64,000 nt of DNA from positions 17,950,542 through 18,014,541 of the forward strand of contig NC_068988.1 in the NCBI RefSeq assembly GCF_001194135.2, given 5' to 3'. Below are positions 26,150 to 38,780 of this stretch, one piece after another (positions within the stretch are counted from its first letter, which is position 1; each line of letters opens with the position of its first letter). A model generated the notes under the pieces. That model was not told the origin of the DNA, made no database searches, and saw only the letters and a list, made by a program, of their open reading frames with translations. The position numbers were made by a program, and so were the translations under genes. This stretch comes from Octopus bimaculoides. Taxonomy: Eukaryota.

Positions 26150-26994
26150 TGTGTTTATGCGTGTAGATTTTTATAATATACAGTAATGACTTAATACACA
26201 GTAAATGAGTTTTGTGAGTCAGCATGCAAGTGGAAATCGTGGGAAATAAATTTTAGAATTGAAAAGAAAATAACCAAGCAAAATTCTAATAACGTAAGAT
26301 AAAAATTATATATTAACTGTGTATTTGAGTGTCTGGGTAGGTGAGTGTGTATGTGTGTGGGTGTGCTTGCACTGGTATAAGATCCGTTGTCATTTGTTTT
26401 ATGTCATTTCATGTCCCGTAACCTAGCAGTTCCACAAATAGAAACATATAAAATAAATATCAGACTGAAAAAGTTGTATTGAAGTCGATACGGTTGACTT
26501 GAAACCTTTGAAGTTATTACTTCAGCATAGTAACGTCTGATATCAGTAAAAGAGTAAGTCATGTGACAATTTACATACATGGCTTCTGAATGCAATATTT
26601 CTTAATGGCTGTAGTTTTCGGTCCATAGTATTAAAACTGGTAATATAAAGGATTTCTTTTTTTCACTGATTAAAAAAAGTCGGAAGCAATATTGTCTTTC
26701 ATATTTCTTCTGTATTCAGTAAAGTTCTATAAAAAGTTGGGATTACGCATTTAAAAAAAAAATTTTATATGAGTAAATATTTATGCATGTCGGTATACAG
26801 TGTATTCTTTATTAATATCCATATTATGTTCCATATTACAATCATTCTTACTGAGATCAATTTTCAGGTTCTTTGTTTTCTTTTGGGGTGGGGGATGGCA
26901 CCTTTTCAATTTTTGTAGTAATCAGTGAATTTAGTTCAGCAACGTGACACTAAGTTTCATCATTTCGAATTATAGTAACTATGACAATTGAATC

Positions 26995-27500
26995 TTCATT
27001 GACCTGCTTATGCAACAGGAGATCAATGCTCGATTTCTCCAACACCGAAAGTGCACATGTTATTATTGCAATTATTTGGAAACAACCGCAGTGGAAGCTG
27101 GTTTCCTCTATAGCAAGCAAGATTTTTCATATGAATGTTAAATAAATTAGCCTTATAATCACAAATTATTCCTTGATATAATGTTGGAATAAATGATATT
27201 ATATTGGGTGGCAGGAAAAGCACTTTAATATAGGGAATTCTCAATAAGAGGAATGCGTTAGAACGCTATCAACTAGTTGTACAATTTTGAAGTAAATATT
27301 TTCTTCTGCATAAATTTCAACTCCAGAAATGCCGATGAACTTGGAGGATATTTTTTATTTGATTCTTTCATTTTAAGTGGATTCGGAGACCTATTAATTA
27401 ATAATGATTTTGCAAAAGAGTCACCTAATGCATTAACTCATAGTAATGTGATCCGAGATATCGCATCCACTAAGAGGTTTTTTGTTCTTTTACGTTCTTA
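26995..27500 (-). pseudogene. Decayed pogo/Tigger-family (DDE_1) transposase fragment
   Basis: ORF 27023..27244 contains IKVLFLPPNIISFIPTLYQGIICDYKA, a degenerate form of the pogo motif IKVxFLPPNTTSxxQPxDQGII; flanking frames contain stops. Confidence 0.7.
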
Positions 27501-27564
27501 TTATAAAAGTTCACTTTGCTATTTTTTTTCAAATTACATCGTTTTCTTCAATATTAAATATTTG

Positions 27565-28234
27565 GGATCTTTTTTAAAACGGGGGCCACATTTTTTCATT
27601 AACGAAACACTTTGAAACTTGGAACACTGGTAGAATGTGTCATATAAAACATCTTTTTCTCTTAGTCTTCTTAAAAAAAAAAAGAAATCCATAAGTTATT
27701 CCATGTTAAAGTTGTCGTATTTCTGTAATTTCAACCAATCACTGACGTCCATTCAGCCGATATACATTAAGTGCCGACTACANNNNNNNNNNNNNNNNNN
27801 NNNNNNNNNNNNNNNNNNNNNNNNNNNNNNNNNNNNNNNNNNNNNNNNNNNNNNNNNNNNNNNNNNNNNNNNNNNNNNNNNNNNNNNNNNNNNNNNNNNN
27901 NNNNNNNNNNNNNNNNNNAACCCTAACCGTAGGGTTAGGGTTAAAGCAAATTTAAAATGAAAAAAGCAAATGAAACGAAGGTATGGAGATTAAATACGCT
28001 TTACATCGCTTAATCAGCCAAAGGAGTAAATATAAACAACTGAATACTTGTCAGTGATTGGTTGAAATTATCGAAATAAGACAATTTTTTACATGAAATA
28101 AATTCGAATACAAAAATATTTTTCTGTTCTATAACACAAAATAGATAAGTATACGAAGTTTGAAAGTCTTTCCGTACCAAAAACACTACGTAAAACATTA
28201 ATGAAAAATGTGGCCCCCGTTTTAAAATAGATCC
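27565..28234. mobile_element. Non-autonomous DNA transposon (MITE) with long imperfect TIRs and 8-bp TSD
   Basis: GGATCTTTTTTAAAACGGGGGCCACATTTTTTCATTAA at 27565 mirrors TTAATGAAAAATGTGGCCCCCGTTTTAAAATAGATCC ending 28234; AATATTTG flanks both sides (27557-27564, 28235-28242); inner mirror ttcaaccaatcactgac/gtcagtgattggttgaa; N gap inside. Confidence 0.85.
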
Positions 28235-29565
28235 AATATTTGTTTTTAAGAATAATAACATCAGTTATTTAAACTAATTGTGGCAGAAATTCTTCAGCAA
28301 TTTTCTTATCACTTGATCCATTTTCATCATGCAGTTTCGTGTAACTTTATATATTATACAGAAAGCTTCGACTTTAAAACTCTTCAAGCCATCTCATACT
28401 GCCTGTGAATCCTTTCTACAGTGAATTAGATGTTTGATTTGTAACGTTGATTTAATTAGAAATTGTTGCCGCTCATTTTCATTTATATAGGTAATCTTTG
28501 AGAGTTTACATCATACCTAAAATGATAGAGGTTTTTCCGTTGTTACTATAATATATATTAAGTATGCTCTGAACTTAATGAAGATCCTGCGCTTATACTG
28601 TTCCGTTTCATTGTTCTAACAGTTGCTACATTAATATAAAAATCATGCAAGATTATGTGCTACTTTAGTGTGCAATTTATCTCAACATCTTTAAAGTGAA
28701 ATGAAAAAAATTAAAGCAAATGTAAGGACCGAAAAGGAACACGTAACGGATTAAAACGAGGCTGGCCAGTCTTTATTTTTCTGGCCACGAAGACAACGTA
28801 TAAAAGGAGAAGATTTTTACATCTATCAACACATACGGTATTAGGCAAAAATCTGTCGATATGCTTTCAGATACAGCATTGCATTGAAAATATATATAGA
28901 AAAAAGCACTGTCAAAGAATCAATATCTTTAATTTTGAAATAGTTAATTATTGTATAGTTAATCATAGCTAGCTAATCTTTGTAACTTCATTTTAATGCT
29001 GTAATGTGTTTGAGCATGTATATAAAAGTGGTGTGCGTAAGTTAGTGCATATATTTATAGTGTGTGTGTGGGGGGGGGGGGGAATGTGAGTGTATGTGTC
29101 ATGTATGTGTGTTCACAAATGCATGTATATTGTGTACGTGCATGTATGTTGTGCATCCACATTTATGAATCATGCTTGCGAATATGTATACAAGTTAATA
29201 TGTATCAAACAATGATGATGAAGACGCATGGCTATGTGGTTAGGGTGTACGGATCACGAACATTTTGGGTTCCATTCCTATACTGTCAGTGCACTGCGTC
29301 CCTGAGCAACGCGAGTCATTTCCCATTACTTCAACAGTCCTTTCTCCATCCAGTTATTACATCCTTTACGTACTTCTGAGTCAAGGGTTGGAAAACTGGG
29401 ATGTCTATTTTTGCTTACCACTGAATATGTCCCTGAAATAACTAGCAAACGTATGGTTCGTGCAACTAGATCATACTCACTTGCACGTAACAGCAATATA
29501 TTTTGGACATAAAAATGTGCCTAACTCTAGTAGAGCATTCTATACGGATATATGTGCAGCAAGGT

Positions 29566-29615
29566 AAAATCACTGTGCATCAGATGTTATATAACATCTG
29601 ATGCACAGTGATTTT
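29566..29615. repeat. Perfect 50-bp palindrome
   Basis: AAAATCACTGTGCATCAGATGTTAT followed immediately by its exact reverse complement. Confidence 0.9.
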
Positions 29616-32600
29616 TACGCTGGCTGGTCGAGGAAAGCTGATTGCTTTCCAAACTCCATGCATGGAAAGTCATGTCATTATGCAACAAACATCCATCTAC
29701 TGCTCTCTTTAACATATCACGCGATTCCTGAATGTTGTATAGCATTGAAAAGCATGTAGTAATGTGGACTACATGGAATGGGGTTTAATTTAATTCAACT
29801 TTAGCTATTTCTCTAATATTTTATGCTTTATTTATTTATTTATTTATTCATTTATTTATTTTTTTACATCACTGACAAATTGGAGTGGGAGATTATAGAT
29901 AAACAGTTACTGTGTTATTTTTGGAAATATTGGATTGTTAGAATCATGTCCTCGTGGTTATATCACTCGGTATAGTCTCTAGTGAGCTAAAACTGTTTAT
30001 ATTTATACGCTTGGTTAACTTAGAATTGAAATAGACATAAAACTAGTGACCAGTAAGATCCATAAATATTTCTCTAAGCTGTAGCTTTGTAAAGTAAAAT
30101 GACTGACAAATGAATCGAGTAACTGATAGTCGCCACCATTATTTTTATTGCCAGAAGTGGTAAAGTTGAAAGAAAATGAGAAAGAAACTCAAAGAATATA
30201 CGACAATAGGTTATGCTGAATGTACGTTGGTGCTCATGAATATTACAATTACCAAATGTAACTAATGATAAATGCATTATTTTAAATATTTGAAGGAAGT
30301 TACAGTTTAATTAGTTCGTCCTTCCGACATTGAAGAAATACATTATCTTTTGTTCTAATTTATTCAAACAATTCTTAATCTGAATTAGGCTGAGCTGTAA
30401 ATTAGCTGCTTCCTAAAATCAAAAAGCTCACATCCGTCTCATCTTTTATTTTAATATTTGTTATTCTGAAAAGTTATTTCTTCACTGAAAAGAAATTTGA
30501 CAGTGAGTCATTGAGGAGTATTATAGTGGAGACTGACATTCCCAACAGGGAACTTATATGAACGTAAGCTAGAATATTTCAATGATGTATGTTAAGTTCC
30601 ATCGTCCCAGATGCAAGGGAGGGTGTTAAAGTAAGCCTTGTCGACATATGAAACAGGCCTTCAATGTAATGATGTCAGAGGGAGTTGGTAAAAACGTTAT
30701 CCGTCCTGTCGTTGCAGAATTTTGATGATTACCGATGTCGTATTTTTATATTTGCTGCAAAGAGAGTAAGCTAGAAAAATATCTGTTATATGTTCATGTG
30801 GGACGAAGACTGAGTGTGTATGCGTGCTGTATGCGTGCATACATGCAGTGCAAGTGGAATTAGAGGCGAAATATTGAAAGAATTAAAAAAATTTTTTATG
30901 TGGGATTTATAATTAGAGAATATTTTAAGTCGAGTAGCGAGGTCCACGCGAAAGATCTGATACAGTTATAATTAAATTGATTTGAAGAAATTTAGGTTTC
31001 TTCAGGAACCTTTAACTATAACTATAGTATGCCTTTACTGTTCCACTTTTTCATTGCGCAACCTTTAAATCCATTTTTGGTTCATGTCATCTCTTCGTTA
31101 TTCTATTTTTTCTTTGAAGTAAGTAAAATGAAGTAAAAATGAAGTAAGTAAAAATGTTCTGTTCTGTTCAGTATAGCAAGAGATTCGAGATACATACATC
31201 TTTCTATTTATGAGTTTAGCTATAACTCACTTCCGTCATCTCAGTTTCTATTTTAAAATATTACTTTCTCTTCATTAATGCTTTTAAACATTTTTTTCTT
31301 CATTTGATTTTCACCTACAATCTTTATTAATCGTTTTCAAATGTTTCAGAGTAAGTAGATTTGTTTTGGTAGCTCTGGTAAACAATGTTTTATTTATCTT
31401 CTGTGTTATTATTTATTTCTTATTTTTATCCTTCTCTCTCTCTCCCTCCCACTCTTTCATTTGTTCTCTCACCACCACTTTGTATAGATTTGCAACAAAA
31501 GAACCTTGGCTACAGTCCTAATTTCGTCTAGTCTATATTTCTCATAGTTAACATGGATCGGATCGATATTTATTAATAATGAAACAACGTCTCTTATGTT
31601 ATACACGGCTGCAAAGATATTTTTTGTCATGTCTGAATAACTGGTTGGATAAAATCAAGGATTAGAACTGGCTATTTGTATTTTAAAAACAGTCTTTATT
31701 GAATAAATGATTTTAATAAATGCATATTTAAATTTTGGTTTCCTCAATAAACATAAAAATTACATCGTTTTTATTTGCTTACTCAAATGAGGAAAAGCAA
31801 TACCCGTGGCCCCTCTCAGTATTTCAGAAGGGAGAAAATTATCTTCAGATTTAAAACCTAGTTTAAATACTTGAAACAATGTGAACTCCATTAAGGGTAT
31901 CTGAAGTTTAACTGATAGTGACAAATCGGGTGAAAGATTAAGTATGCCACCCAAAAACTGAATCGATAAAGTCGCTAGGCTTCCAAAGAATTTCCTTCAA
32001 CTAATTTCACTCATACATGCATAATCACGTAACGAAAATAAACCGCTTTACATATAAAACCACAAACAAAAACACATACGTAACTACATTTACATATAAA
32101 AACTTTGTATTTGAATATATCAAAATAAAAATATTGATTTTTAATTTCTATAGCACGATGCTATATTAGCATTGGAGAAATACAGAGAATCTACATATTT
32201 ACAGTACTTCATTAATAATTATTTATTATTCTCTGAAAACACCCAGTCTAAGAAAGACATCTATTACATTTAATCCAAAATAACAGGAATGCTTTGCTCA
32301 TTGGCGATGACTAAATAAACTCTAAACATAAGTTTAAAACATTCTTTATGTTGCTGTTCTGAAACATGTGAAAGGGCTAATGAATTTCTGCTAGGCATTA
32401 AAAGGGTTGGCCATTTTAATTGTCTTTATACTTCCGATTTATTCTTACAAACAAAATCAATTTAAGCGAGAAGGTAAATGGTTCAAATCCTAGTAATTTG
32501 CTAGTATTTCAGCGATTATCCATATCTAAAGTCAAATCAAGCCGGGTTGAAACTCAAACTGAATTACAAATTTTGCTCTGAGTACATTTTATGCAAACTG

Positions 32601-32664
32601 AGCTCCTCCAGTAAGAATGGTAAATAGCTTACACAGCATACTAATATTGTACCATAATAATATA

Positions 32665-32835
32665 ACCCTTTCTGCTATAGGCATAAGGCCCGAAATTTTA
32701 AATTAGTCGACTACACCGATCTCAGTGCTCAACCGGTACTTATCTCATTGACCCCAAAATGATGAAAGGCAAAGTCAATCTCGGTGGAATTTGAGTTCAT
32801 AGTGTAAAACCGGAAGAAATACTGCTGAGCCTTAC
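32665..32835 (-). mobile_element. SINE family A copy
   Basis: ataggcataaggcccgaaattt...ggtacttatctcattgacccc...gatgaaaggcaaagtcaatctcggtggaatttgagttc. Confidence 0.75.
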
Positions 32836-35800
32836 AATAACAAAATTATAACCTCGAGTATGCTAGCGTCCTCTATAGAACACAATAGTTCACTTCATCT
32901 GTCATTTGATAGATTCATCAGTGATGTAAGCAAACTTGAGTGATAGCATCGACATTAAGTAGCTAGCGTTGCAGCTACAGGTCCGTTATACTGTCTGAGA
33001 ATAACTCTCTGATTTCTTTTTCCCCTCATCTGTCTCGGAGGAAGGGATACTATGAAAGTTTGTAGACGCTGCCTGCTTTTGCTTTGACAAAGTTATAAGA
33101 AAATTATATTTCGTCACCTGTTGGAGTTCCAACGTTTACCACATTATGATAAAAGTTTGAATTTTATAATCAATGTACAAGTCGACACTTCTTTCTGAAG
33201 AGAAGTTTTTAGGCTTTAATCGTCGGCTTATACATCGCAATTTACGGCATATTGCTACTTATTTAATTATTGATCCAATTGTCCATTAGTTAACTTGGTA
33301 AAATATGCACAAGTAAATTTGAATGAATAGTAAGACAGCAGTTATCGCCTAATAGTATATGAGTACGAGAGCAGGAAAGACGAGCTGTATATATTGAAAC
33401 GGTTCATTTGGATGACTTCAGCTGAGTCAGTGAGTCTTGAACAATACCGGGTAACTTTCTAGGCGCAATCCCATGGTCACTCATAACCGAAGGGGTTCTT
33501 TACCCTTTTTTTTTTACTCTCAGGGAAAGTGGGCATGCAGTATGTATCAACTTATTATTACACTACAAATGATAGGTTGTTAGTTCATGTCCAATCAGAC
33601 AGCGAAAAAACTAAGCTCATATTATCCATTCGATTGTTGATTAGAGTAATGACGAGTTACTAATTAAATGCAAAGCACACAGTTGGACGACGGGGAAAAA
33701 ATAAAAGCTGCGTTATTATGTCTTTCTCAACATTTTAATGCTGTAAATGAATCTATTAATTTCGAGAATTAAAATCATCCTTCATATTGCATTCACCTAG
33801 AACGAATGCGGCATCATATACTGACCACAAGATCAATTTAAAACAAGCGAGCGAGATGAGAAAAGAAAAAGGAGGAAAAAGCCAATGGATAGCAAAAACA
33901 TTAGAATTTATTTATAGTTTCAGACAGCAAATCATACGCCGAACAGCAACAACAGTATTAACAAAATAATAATAAACATAATAAATAAGAACATGAATAA
34001 ACTAAAACATAACCAAACAAAAAGACAAATAGCTCATCCGCAATAACACCCTGCAAGTGGCCAAAAGTTACTGTTTATGGTGAAAGTGAAAAATCATAAT
34101 TTTGTATTCTGCCAAAATTTATAGTGTTTTAATTACTTCAAATATGGCGATATTTTGAAAAAAGATTTTCGCTTAAGTTTGTTTATATTGGAAAGATTCC
34201 CATTTTATTTAATTATCATTTGCAGTTGCAAGGAAAAGTTACTTCAAGAGATTAAATTTTTACTACTTTATCACTTCTTTATAGAATATTTCATCAAAAT
34301 TTCAAATATAACTGCATATACTACTAATTAAAAAAAAGTGGAGTAAAAGAGCCCACCAGATAAGGCTTCTACAGCTATCATTTAACCGTTTTTATTTGTA
34401 TTTAAATAGTTTAGTGTGTTATAATCCTTATCATTTAACATTAACGATAAGGAAACTTTGGATGGTCATTAGTATTAATTCCTGTATAGAGAGCGAAAAC
34501 TCGTTCGAACAGAAATCCAAAAAACAGTGTCACTTAGAATAAAAGGTCTACCCAAACACAATGAAACGCTTTTAACATTATATCATTTTGAATTAGCAGT
34601 TCACTGTTTCGTTCCTATTGTGTGTATACACACCGTTCGCGCGCGCTCGCGCTCAAAAAGGTACGTATGATTGCGTATAAATGTCTCTGTAAATGAACGA
34701 ATGTGACTTCGATATAAATGCGTATGTACTAGAGTGTTTATCTGGTAACCTCGGGTAACCACGTGACTATGTTTTTGCCGCCGTGAGTAATATCAGGAGA
34801 TATGGTGTATATAAAATAATCGTTATTTAACATTTATCAAAGTTGTCGTTCTCTCTGTTTTCTTTTTCTTTTCCAGGATAATTTTCGTGGCTTTCTTGCT
34901 TAATTTGTGTTAATTCATATTTTCATGAAACAATTAATTAAAAAAAAACTTTACACATACATCTGGGTGACGTTCGATTCACTCGTGTATAAGCTGTTTA
35001 AACTTTTTAATTACTAACAAAACGCGAGTGAGCACCCCCCCCTCACCCCACCCACACACACGCGCCCGCGTGCGCGCGCACACTCACAAGAGATAGAATG
35101 ACATATGCAGACGTACGTATATTCTGCAGATATCACTGAACTGTAGTTTTAAAAAGTTACAAATGAAAACCTAAAACCAAGAATTTACATTAATGAAATG
35201 TTCAAATTGATTCCAGTTATATTGGCAACCTTTGAGATTGATTTGATAAACGAACAAATCATTTGAATTCCCATATATAAATATCGGCCAATTATAACAG
35301 CTTATTTATGGCAAGAATCTGAAGTCGATTTGTTATTTTGGTAATAATATCAATTGAAGTTATATCCTATATATTACAAATATATAATGACTGCAACATC
35401 GTAATCAATCCGTTTATATCTAAAATTGGAACTTAATAAGAAATGTCTAAAGGTCTACCAAACTTAATTACATTTTTTTTATTTATTTACCGAACTCAAT
35501 TAGCAATGTCTGAAGAACTACTAAACTCTGAGTTAAATTTACTAACTGTAGTTAATTTCTATTATACACATGACAACTGTGATGACTTGTGTCCTATAGT
35601 ATCAACTTGATCAATAAATAGAATTTCGAAAACTAAATTCCATATAATGAAACGGCTTTGATTTATATGGGAGTTACTGTCATGTGCTATAAAGAGACTT
35701 GTCGAAATAAAGAGGGCTTAAGGACTTCAGTAAAGTATTTTAGGTCTCTCTTCACGAAACGCTCAATTGTTCGCATTGCTGGATTCGAGTTTTATTTCGT

Positions 35801-36968
35801 TAAAATATGAAATCCTACTCTTTTTAAACGTGAACAAGCAAAATCATTAGTGCATCACGACTTTTGTTCCGACTCTCTGTTCTGCGTTAATTAACCGAGG
35901 CTAAGTTCATATTTCGTCCTACTGGAATCGATAAAAAAATGAACCAGTCTAGGCCGACGGAACAACGGACTGGATGTCTTGCCTTGCCGTAGTTGTCGAG
36001 GCTCTGTGCGATTAGAATTAAAATCCCGTTATAACCTGCTTGGGTGGTTGACTCAATCCGTCACACGATTGAATAGTACCACCGGTCAGCGTGGATGTTG
36101 CAAGTATTCGAATCAGATTTCCGGTTTCAGGGTACCTTGTTGCTTCCTTCCAGCCAGTCTTGACCCTTCTATAAAGGACCATGGGCTCTGCATATTTTTT
36201 TTTTTAATGAAGTAATCCAAATTCTTTGTAATATCAAAGAGGAGTCTTCTTAGCTGAAATAATGTCAAAAGATCTGGCAGGTCAAATAGAACTCCATTGT
36301 CTTATCACCTATGACATGATCTGTCACGCTCAGTGACAGAGTTATGTTATAGAACGTAAGATAGTGGAATTATCTATGATTTCTTCTTGATGATAAGGAT
36401 TTTTTGACAGTAGTACCGTTGAATGAATATTACTGTAGTTTGTTTTAGTTATCCAGTTTACATGAAACGTAGTTGAGCACAGTAAGATTTAAATTCTGGA
36501 TTCAATCTAAATAATGCAGTTCATTTGGTCAAAACATTCAATCATTTCTTGCACCCCAAGGAATGCATGTTTGTTTACTCGTCTTTCTGACGTTAAAATA
36601 TTCTATTCATCTGTCTCTCATTCATACAGTTGGTTACAATTCAAATGGAAACTGGTCGTCAATACCTTTAAAAGTCTTCATCTCTTTGAAACGAGAACTA
36701 CGTAAGATGCTCTAAATCGCTTGTCAGTATAACAGCTTGTATTATTGGTTAGTACGATATCATGTATTATTGGTCGCTGAACTACTTTTAAGTGTTATTA
36801 AATGAATCGAAAGGCTAAAGAGCACACCAAATTAGAACTGATTTACTACCGTATAAACAGTCATTTAACAGAAATCTTCATCTGCGTCGTAAATACACAT
36901 TTATTGATATAAATCGCCAAAAAGAAAGCTACATTGGTTCGTTTTTATCAGCATTTTCCAGTGTTACA

Positions 36969-37097
36969 GTGGAGGCGCAATGGCCTAGTGGTTAGGGCAA
37001 CGGGCTCGTGGTCATAGGATCGCGTTTTCGATTCCCAGACCGGGCGTTGTGAGTGTTTATTGAGCGAAAACACCTAAAGCTCCACGAGGCTCCAGCT
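36969..37097 (+). mobile_element. SINE family C, 5' half
   Basis: gtggaggcgcaatggcctagtggttagggc...gttttcgattcccagaccgggcgttgtgagtgtttattg, truncated after ctccacgaggctcc. Confidence 0.85.
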
Positions 37098-37428
37098 CTT
37101 TCTCGAATCTGAACACGAAGTGCCCAGTCACGTTTAAAAAAAAACTGGTGATTGTCGGGTCACTGTGATTAGTGGCTCCATCTTCGAGCAAGGAATGACT
37201 TTTCATTTTCTGTGCCAGATTGCAATCTGTCATGCTAATATAGTTGATAAATATGAAAGATAATTAAGAAAACAAAAGTCTGGCGCTGTCAAGCAGTATT
37301 TAGCCGTTTTCTAGTCAAGGTCCACTAAAGTGTATTCATAAATACTCGGCACACTTTGGACAATGTTTGCGAGAATATATTTGTGTAGCAGTCTAGTGCC
37401 CTTTGAGTCTATTGTATAAAAATAGAGG

Positions 37429-37429
<1 letters not shown>

Positions 37430-37494
<65 letters not shown>
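37430..37494. repeat. (TA)n microsatellite
   Basis: About 32 TA units. Confidence 0.95.
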
Positions 37495-37505
<11 letters not shown>

Positions 37506-38400
37506 CACACACACACACGTGTGTGTAGGTGGGTAGGATTTGAAAAGTATCATTAAAAACTCAAGCAATTATGCAAAAAGCAAAAGTACATGATGGAGAT
37601 CGGTTCGGCAAACGATTGAGCATAAAACAATAGCAAGCAGATCATTAGATAAGAAGCGTTATTTTGTCTTTAAAATAATTCTAATGTTTCATTAATATTA
37701 ATGTCTAATGCATTCATTTCCAATGAGGATAATAGTGGTCGACAATGACGCTTTTATTATCATCGTCATCGTCGTCATCATTATCATCATCATCATCATT
37801 ATTACTTGCTTGCAGTAATAATAATAATGCAGACCATATTTGCTGGATGTGTTTCATTCAGAAAAAATATTGAAGTCTTATGTTTTTCTTTTTCTAATGT
37901 TTGTAGCAGTTGTAGCGAACTAAACTCCAGCATTGACAATTCCAAATTGACAGTATTATCAACTAGAACAACACTATTAATTTATCGTCATTAGATTTTA
38001 GGCCCGTCTTGTCGGGAAAAGAATGCACATTTGCTTAAGATATATTATTTCTTTCGAATAGAATTGAGTCCTATATGTCATCATCTCTACGGTTAGCATT
38101 AAGTAATGTATCTTTTCATTGTATCGATTTTAAAGGGAGAGAAATAATCGATATGATTGGAGAAATTAATTTTACTGAACTCAGAGAAACGTAAGATAGA
38201 GTCAATCTTAGATTTGAACTCAGGAAAAAATGAGCAGCTGATTTCAGTATGAAGAAAATTAGCCAAGGTCTTTACAGTATGCGTTAACTCATCCTCTCGA
38301 ACTTAATATTCCTTTGTCTAAACTATAATATTCTATCTTTCCTCTGCAGTCAACGTTGCCAACCAGTTATGTTTCATTAATACTTTAATAATCAATTTGC

Positions 38401-38780
38401 GTGGAGGCACAATGACCCAGTGGTTAGGGCAGCGAACTCGCGGTCATAGGATCGCGGTTTCGATTCCCAGACCGGGCGTTGTGAGTGTTTATTGAACGAA
38501 AACACCTAAAGCTCCACGAGGCTCCGGCAGGGGATGGTGGCGAACCCTGCTGTACTCTTTCACCACAACTTTCTCTCACTCTTACTTCCTGTTGCTGTTG
38601 TGCCTGTAATTTAAAGGATCAGCCTTGTCACGCTGAATATCCCCGAGAACTACGTTAAGGGTACACGTGTCTGTGGAGTGCTCAGCCACTTGCACGTTAA
38701 TTTCACGAGCAGGCTGTTCCGTTGATCGGATCAACTGGAACCCTCGACGTCGTAAGCGACGGAGTGCCAACACACACACA
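38401..38780 (+). mobile_element. SINE family C copy (full length)
   Basis: tRNA-like head with A box TGACCCAGTGG and B box GGTTTCGATTCC, (CA)n tail, approximate TSD aatcaatttgc/aatcattttgc. Confidence 0.9.

Noticed and set aside
27277-27615. 112-aa plus ORF
   Set aside because: Antisense to/adjacent to the pogo remnant and runs into the MITE; no domain.
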